Source: Octopus bimaculoides
Lineage: Eukaryota
DNA length: 55,594 bases
Direction of reading: 5' to 3'
Assembly (NCBI RefSeq): GCF_001194135.2
Contig: NC_068984.1
Location: 50,192,436 to 50,248,029, forward strand
Positions 49,829-55,594 of the stretch are shown here, piece after piece (positions within the stretch are counted from its first letter, which is position 1; each line of letters starts with the position of its first letter). The position numbers and the translations under genes are program-made. Below the pieces are notes generated by a model. The model was not told the DNA's origin. It worked only from the letters and a program-made list of their open reading frames with translations, and ran no database searches.

Positions 49829-50644
49829 CAAGGTGCGGTGAATATATTGTCGTCTAAATTACACAAAAATGAAAATAACACTGACATCTCATTTTAGCAA
49901 ATATATTTACCAATATTGCATAGACATATCTTTAAATGGCCTCCATTCAACTTCGTATTCTTCTGCAACTCTTCTGGATGGTCTCCTTGTTTATGTTGGT
50001 AAATGCTCCCATAATCCTTGCCTTTAGTTCATCTTTGGTGTTACAAAGAGTTTTGTTGGTTTGTCGTTCAGCTGTGCTGCACACATAATAATCAAGGGTG
50101 TTGCAGTCTGGGGAGTAAGGTGGCCAGATGTTAGGGGTTATGTGATCGTAGAAATTGTCTGACAGCCATGACTGGGTTCTCCTGCCAGTGTGGCACGGTG
50201 CAGAGTCCTGTTACCAGCCATAGGGTTTTCCAACAGCCACTCTCTTGACCCGGAGCAGTACTACCTCCTTCAGGTACTTGATCTAGGCCTTCGTGTTGAA
50301 TCTGAGATCGTGTGGGAAGATGAATGGAGGCATAACATCGCCATCACTAGTGATCACTCGAAACACCATAATGTTGACTGGAAGTTTGATTTCTTTCACT
50401 CTTGGTACATGCACTGGCCTCAGATTGACACCCCTACACTCTGAAATGTTCGTATTGGATCGAATGTCAAGCAGTAGAGCATGTCGTTTCCAAATTTCTG
50501 GCAGAGTGAATTACGTCATGGTGCTGTTTTTCTCACAGACTATGCCCAACTACCCTACTATATTGTGTAATCGACAAAATCAAAAACAATACGCGTGCTG
50601 AAATAAAAAATATAAAATGGCGACAATTTACCCATCGCACCCTC
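49829..50644 (-). mobile_element. Internally deleted DD37D (maT-like) Tc1/mariner transposon
   Basis: ~27-bp imperfect TIRs (GGTGCG.TG..TA.ATTGTCG.C). Minus frame QDSAPCHTGRRTQSWLSDNFYDHITPNIWPPYSPDCNTLDYY has 37 residues between the last two catalytic D; stops and a frameshift are present. Confidence 0.92.
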
Positions 50645-53025
50645 TATGTTTGTGTGTTTGTGTTTATATATGTGTGTGTGTGTGTGTGCATGTGTATATC
50701 TTTGTGTGTGTATGAGTGTGTTTGCGTTTGAGAAAGAGAGAAAAAGAGTGAGACAAATCAACCTGTTATACAGCGCTATGCAAATGCTAAAGTACTTGGA
50801 AAGTATTACTTTATAAATATAAGGTTCTTGGTGATATTTGTGATAAATCATCCTATTTCAAATTTTCAACGGAACACAATGAGATAGAAATTGATTGATC
50901 TCTTAGAATGACATAGTTTCTGCGTAGTCAAAAGAACATGACTGAATAAATTTGGAAACTGAATTAGTGGATTGTGTTCCATATATATTTTCAAATATGA
51001 TGACTATGAATTATCGCTTGTAATAATATCAGACCTAACTTGATTCAAGCTGGCTGTTGGTAATCTGTTTATGATTTTTATTTATATGCATTGATATTAT
51101 ACAATGGAAGAGTAAGTTATTAAAGCTATTTAATAAAGAGAAAACTAACATTGCATATAATCATAGATACTCGTAAGAATATAATACAGAAGAATCAGAA
51201 TTAATCACGATCTCGTCAAAATAATAATACAAACTTGTAATCTGTTGTATATGTTTGTAATAACGATTGTGATATGCTATTTTCCATTTCTTTTGTGAAA
51301 ATTCGTTTTTGTAAACTTCATAGTTCATGTTGATACAAGGGATACATGTGTACGATACTTTCTCAGCAGTTAACCACACATATGTAAAAAGGGACAATTA
51401 TAATATGTTATGCTATGATATGTTATATTATAAATTATTCTGCAATGCAAAACTAGAGAGGAAAATATTTTAATATATGCTTGTAGTATTTATTTTCAAG
51501 TGTCTATTCACTTTATTTCTTGTATGTTTGCAGATGTGAATCTCTTTTTATATCAGAGTAAACGAAGTGAAAGAAAAATACCAGCAACACAATACAGAAA
51601 TAAAGTAATGAAAAAAAATTTTTTTCTCAATAATGATAACAACAATAATAACAATAACAGCGATAACAATAGCAATAGCTGTTGAGTATATCTGCACTGA
51701 ATGGAATTCATGTGGGTGTCGATGTTATTGAAGTCTAACATACAACAAATGATAGCGACACTGCATGCAGAACTAATTCTGAACGTTCCATTTATTTTAT
51801 TTAGATTTTGGAGTCAGGCATACATTCACCGAATGTCATCTGTAGTTCATTTTTAAACAGACGGCTTGACTGTTTTTGCTTCAAAAACTATGTGTATAGT
51901 TTAGGGAAGCTTCGTCTTCAGATAGGATATGGTGAAGAGTTTGGTAGAGCGGGTGAAGTAAAAAATGTAGCTGGTAATGGAGAGGGTGGAAAGATGAGAA
52001 AAACGTTGGATGAAAAGGGGAAGAACGTATGTGCTGAATTTTCTGTAAGATAACTTGACATTATTCATCACTCAAACGTCATATCGCTCGCGAAGCTAAA
52101 TTCAAAGGAAATAAAATAAAAATAAGTATTGAAAAATTGTAAGAAAGGAAGAGAGAAAAAAAAAAAAGAAATTGATTTCTGAATCAATTCTTCTGAGATT
52201 TGATTGAGACTGAGTGGATGGCAAAGTTCTGTATATATACATATATATATTTACTTAGATGCAAACATTCATGAAAACAAATATATGCATATATATATAT
52301 ATANNNNNNNNNNNNNNNNNNNNNNNNNNNNNNNNNNNNNNNNNNNNNNNNNNNNNNNNNNNNNNNNNNNNNNNNNNNNNNNNNNNNNNNNNNNNNNNNN
52401 NNNNNNNNNNNNNNNNNNNNNNNNNNNNNNNNNNNNNNNNNNNNNNNNNNNNNNNNNNNNNNNNNNNNNNNNNNNNNNNNNNNNNNNNNNNNNNNNNNNN
52501 NNNNNNNNNNNNNNNNNNNNNNNNNNNNNNNNNNNNNNNNNNNNNNNNNNNNNNNNNNNNNNNNNNNNNNNNNNNNNNNNNNNNNNNNNNNNNNNNNNNN
52601 NNNNNNNNNNNNNNNNNNNNTATATATATGAATGTATATTTCCATATGTGTGTGTGTATGTGTGTACATGTATGTATAGGACGCGTAGGTGTGTGAGTGA
52701 TTTCTTTCAAATTTCCCCATATTTTTTTTTCAATAGATACTGAATTATACTTTTTAAAGTACATCCGAGCATCCACATGCAGAGATACACGGGCTAACTT
52801 ACAGACACATATCACTTTTTTAACTTATCTCTATAGATAACTTTAAAAAACACTGAAAGTTTTGACGTTTTGTTTACTGATTCTCTACAGAAGAATTTCT
52901 GGCATATGCACATACACCTATAACCTATTTTTTTATCTTCGATCATATTGTATACGAAATGATGTGGCTCTCAGTGCTGGCTCTAATTTTTATAGAAAAT
53001 CTGTAGAAATAATTTTAAAAAGTGA

Positions 53026-53146
53026 TTGAATCGCACTGCTAACACAGATTGGACACAACACTACTATTGAATCGCACTGCTAACACAGATTGGACACAGC
53101 GCTACTATTGAATCGCACTGCAAACACAGATTTGAGACAGCAGTAC
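53026..53146. repeat. 41-bp tandem minisatellite x3
   Basis: TTGAATCGCACTGC(T/A)AACACAGATT.. starts at 53026, 53067 and 53108. Confidence 0.92.
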
Positions 53147-53662
53147 GTTATGGTTGGTTGTATAACGAAATATGGTGTCCCTACCAGCAATTAATACGTA
53201 CCGGCTGACAAGAATGTATTTAATTTGTAAAACTGGTACATCCAACTGTATTGCACCACTTTATTTTGTGGGTATTTAAACAATGCGTTTCTGTATGGTT
53301 AATTCGCTGAATGTTGCGCTGAAGGAGAAGCAAGAAGTCCTTAAACATGCATATATATACATTACCAGCTTTTTTCGCACTTAGTTGCATTGTTTACATA
53401 TATGTATTCGTATACAAGCCGTCATAACTTTTAGTGCTGGCTTTAATTTTTATAGAAAATCTATAGAAAAAACTTTAAGAAGTGATTGAATCGCACTGCA
53501 TACACAGCTGTAATGGAATGATGATAGAGGATTATTATTAATTCATTATTTAATTACTTTATTTATTTATTTATTTATTTTCCTACAATGATACCACTTG
53601 GCAATACATGCTGGAAGCTACGGAGCTAGTAACCACAATCGCTGTGATGCAGACCAAGTGGC

Positions 53663-53710
<48 letters not shown>

Positions 53711-55561
53711 ACACTTATACACACACAGACGCACATACATATACACATACATTCATACACACACAGACACAGCATTTAGTGTAGAACTAATGTGGCGCCA
53801 GATGCTTCCAGTGCAGATTCATCAAATCTATGCGATAAATGAGGAAATTTTGTTATGCAATTGGTGTTTGCTAATATTTTGTTTGAACTCCTTCTATCAT
53901 TATACCATTTATCATACTAATACAAATTAAGAGAAATTCTATTTCTGCGCGAATTTCTCTAAATTTATATATATGGTTTCTCATCTGTATGTATCGAAGT
54001 ACATTGTTCAATGTGACCTCTCTAAATTTCGGAATGTGATCTGAGGGAAATTGGATGCTATTTCTGGCTCGTGGTGGAATGACCGCGTAGAGGCTTTATT
54101 TCATAGGCTTTCACGAAATCTTATTCAGAACGAAAAGTGACGAACAATTTTACGAAATGCTTTTCTTTTTTTTTTCTATAGCTCTAACAGTTTTGACCAC
54201 AGTATGAATTGAACTCAGAACCGAAATGAAACAAAGTAAATGCCACAAGTTCAATGATTCTAACATATCACTGTCTTTATGAAACTATATTTACATATAT
54301 TCTCCCAAAAGCACATCTTTCTGAGGAACATAAAAACAGCAAATGAAATGAGTTTAAACAGCAATTCTCTAAGAATATCATTTACTGTGATTTTACCAAC
54401 ATATACGTATAAAATTTGATAAGAAATGCAATGGATCCCAATTATATAATAAACTAAATTTCACACGTGGACTTCATTGCAGATAAGTAGTGAATATATT
54501 AGTAACTTCAAAAGACCTGCTGAAGTTTAATAGCTGAATTAAACTTCACTAGATCTTTCAAAGTGATATTTCTTCATTTGTCCTTAATGTTTTCTTTTGA
54601 ACAATAACTTTCCCAACTGTATCGAATTTTCAATATTTTGCCTATTTTTATCTCTTGGGCGGTAATTCTTTGTGATTTTTACATTGTGGGCGAGAATCAT
54701 AGGAACAGTGTTGAGTTTCTTTTGTATTCGTTATCGCAAGACTTTTCTGATCGTCGACGTCGAGTTTCTTTCAATGGTATCGAGATAATTTTACTGCGGA
54801 GTTTTGTGATGTTCTTTTGCTAGTGTATACTGTCTGTCTGTTTAGTTATGTGTTATCTGCTGTTATTCATATATAGCTTCCATGCCAAGTGTTCTATGTT
54901 CTTTTCTAAGGCCTGTATTCTATGAGAGATATTTGTTTTTTCCTACTGTAATCTTTTGCTATTAAGTCAAGCTAGCGTTAGCATTTTTAATGCCTGTCGC
55001 ATAAATCCTAATCAGAAATGATAATTAAACGGTGATTGATAATTCAGAGCAAGTGTTGGGGTATGCACCGTTGCAGTGCGTTGCTGTATTCACCACTTGT
55101 TGGTATATTCCTTGGTGGTCCGTCAAGCAGAGACCTCTTCTACGCGAGATACCTCCTCGTCTGCTGTGATCATGGGGCATGTGATCAGTCAATAAGAGCC
55201 ATCAATCCAACCGGATCATCAGTGAAGAGAAGAGTGAAACTGATATTTATTATTGTGAAAGTATCGTATGTTCTATGCTTTTCTGAAAATATCAGGTTAG
55301 GAGCGAATCAAGCCACATGTATTTCACGTCGTTAATGTAATAGCTTTAGTTAGCTTTTTAATGTTCTCTAACATAAACAGGAAATAACTGAATGATCTAA
55401 ATTAAAGAGAGAAAAGTGTATTCTCTCTCAGCGCCGAAGGTCTTAAAATACCCGGGAATCTCTTTTCGCCACACTATGCGAACTAGTGCCTAATTGCAAA
55501 CTTCACTAAATATATAGAAAATTAGGAATCTCAAAATACCTATTGTACGCATACAAAAGTG

Positions 55562-55594
<33 letters not shown>

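Larger units (their letters stand above)
3243..52620. other. 18 assembly gaps (N runs), nearly all flanked by microsatellites
   Basis: Examples: 3243-4011, 5065-5570, 6547-7196, 8043-8666, 14636-15377, 32180-32738, 48881-49678, 52304-52620. Confidence 0.98.

Noticed and set aside
3094-52815. Long ORFs of 130-380 aa containing X runs
   Set aside because: They span N-gaps and HT/YI/CV dinucleotide translations; not coding.
53026-53146. CRISPR-like periodicity
   Set aside because: The units are contiguous with no unique spacers, in a eukaryotic context with no cas genes.
42816-55222. Isolated CTGATGA/CTGAAGA heptamers (~42816, ~43875, ~55216 minus; also 24779 and ~2998 minus)
   Set aside because: No correctly placed GAAA..UH with supporting stems; expected by chance.

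Overview
AT-rich eukaryotic draft-assembly DNA with dense microsatellites and 18 N-gaps (roughly 8 kb of N). The SINE families and repeat texture resemble a coleoid cephalopod, most like Octopus; this is an inference. No intact host protein-coding gene can be supported, and nearly all listed ORFs are microsatellite or gap artefacts. The window is a transposon graveyard: tRNA-headed SINEs of several body types, CR1/L2-like, RTE-like and R4/Dong-like RT remnants, two internally deleted Tc1/mariner elements, a Merlin/ISXO2-like remnant, a pogo-type TIR, a palindromic MITE and a solo LTR. The most striking signal is a set of about nine type I hammerhead ribozyme (HHR)-like motifs from several families. 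Two lie downstream of Penelope-like GIY-YIG remnants (18.3-19.1 kb; 36.9-37.3 kb). At 45.8-47.0 kb, a non-coding ~332-bp unit carrying one HHR is repeated in tandem and inverted orientation, a retrozyme/pLTR-like architecture. One copy is split in the stem II loop by a 411-bp TG..CA solo LTR with an AATT target-site duplication. No single HHR copy is fully canonical; any activity is a prediction that needs testing.
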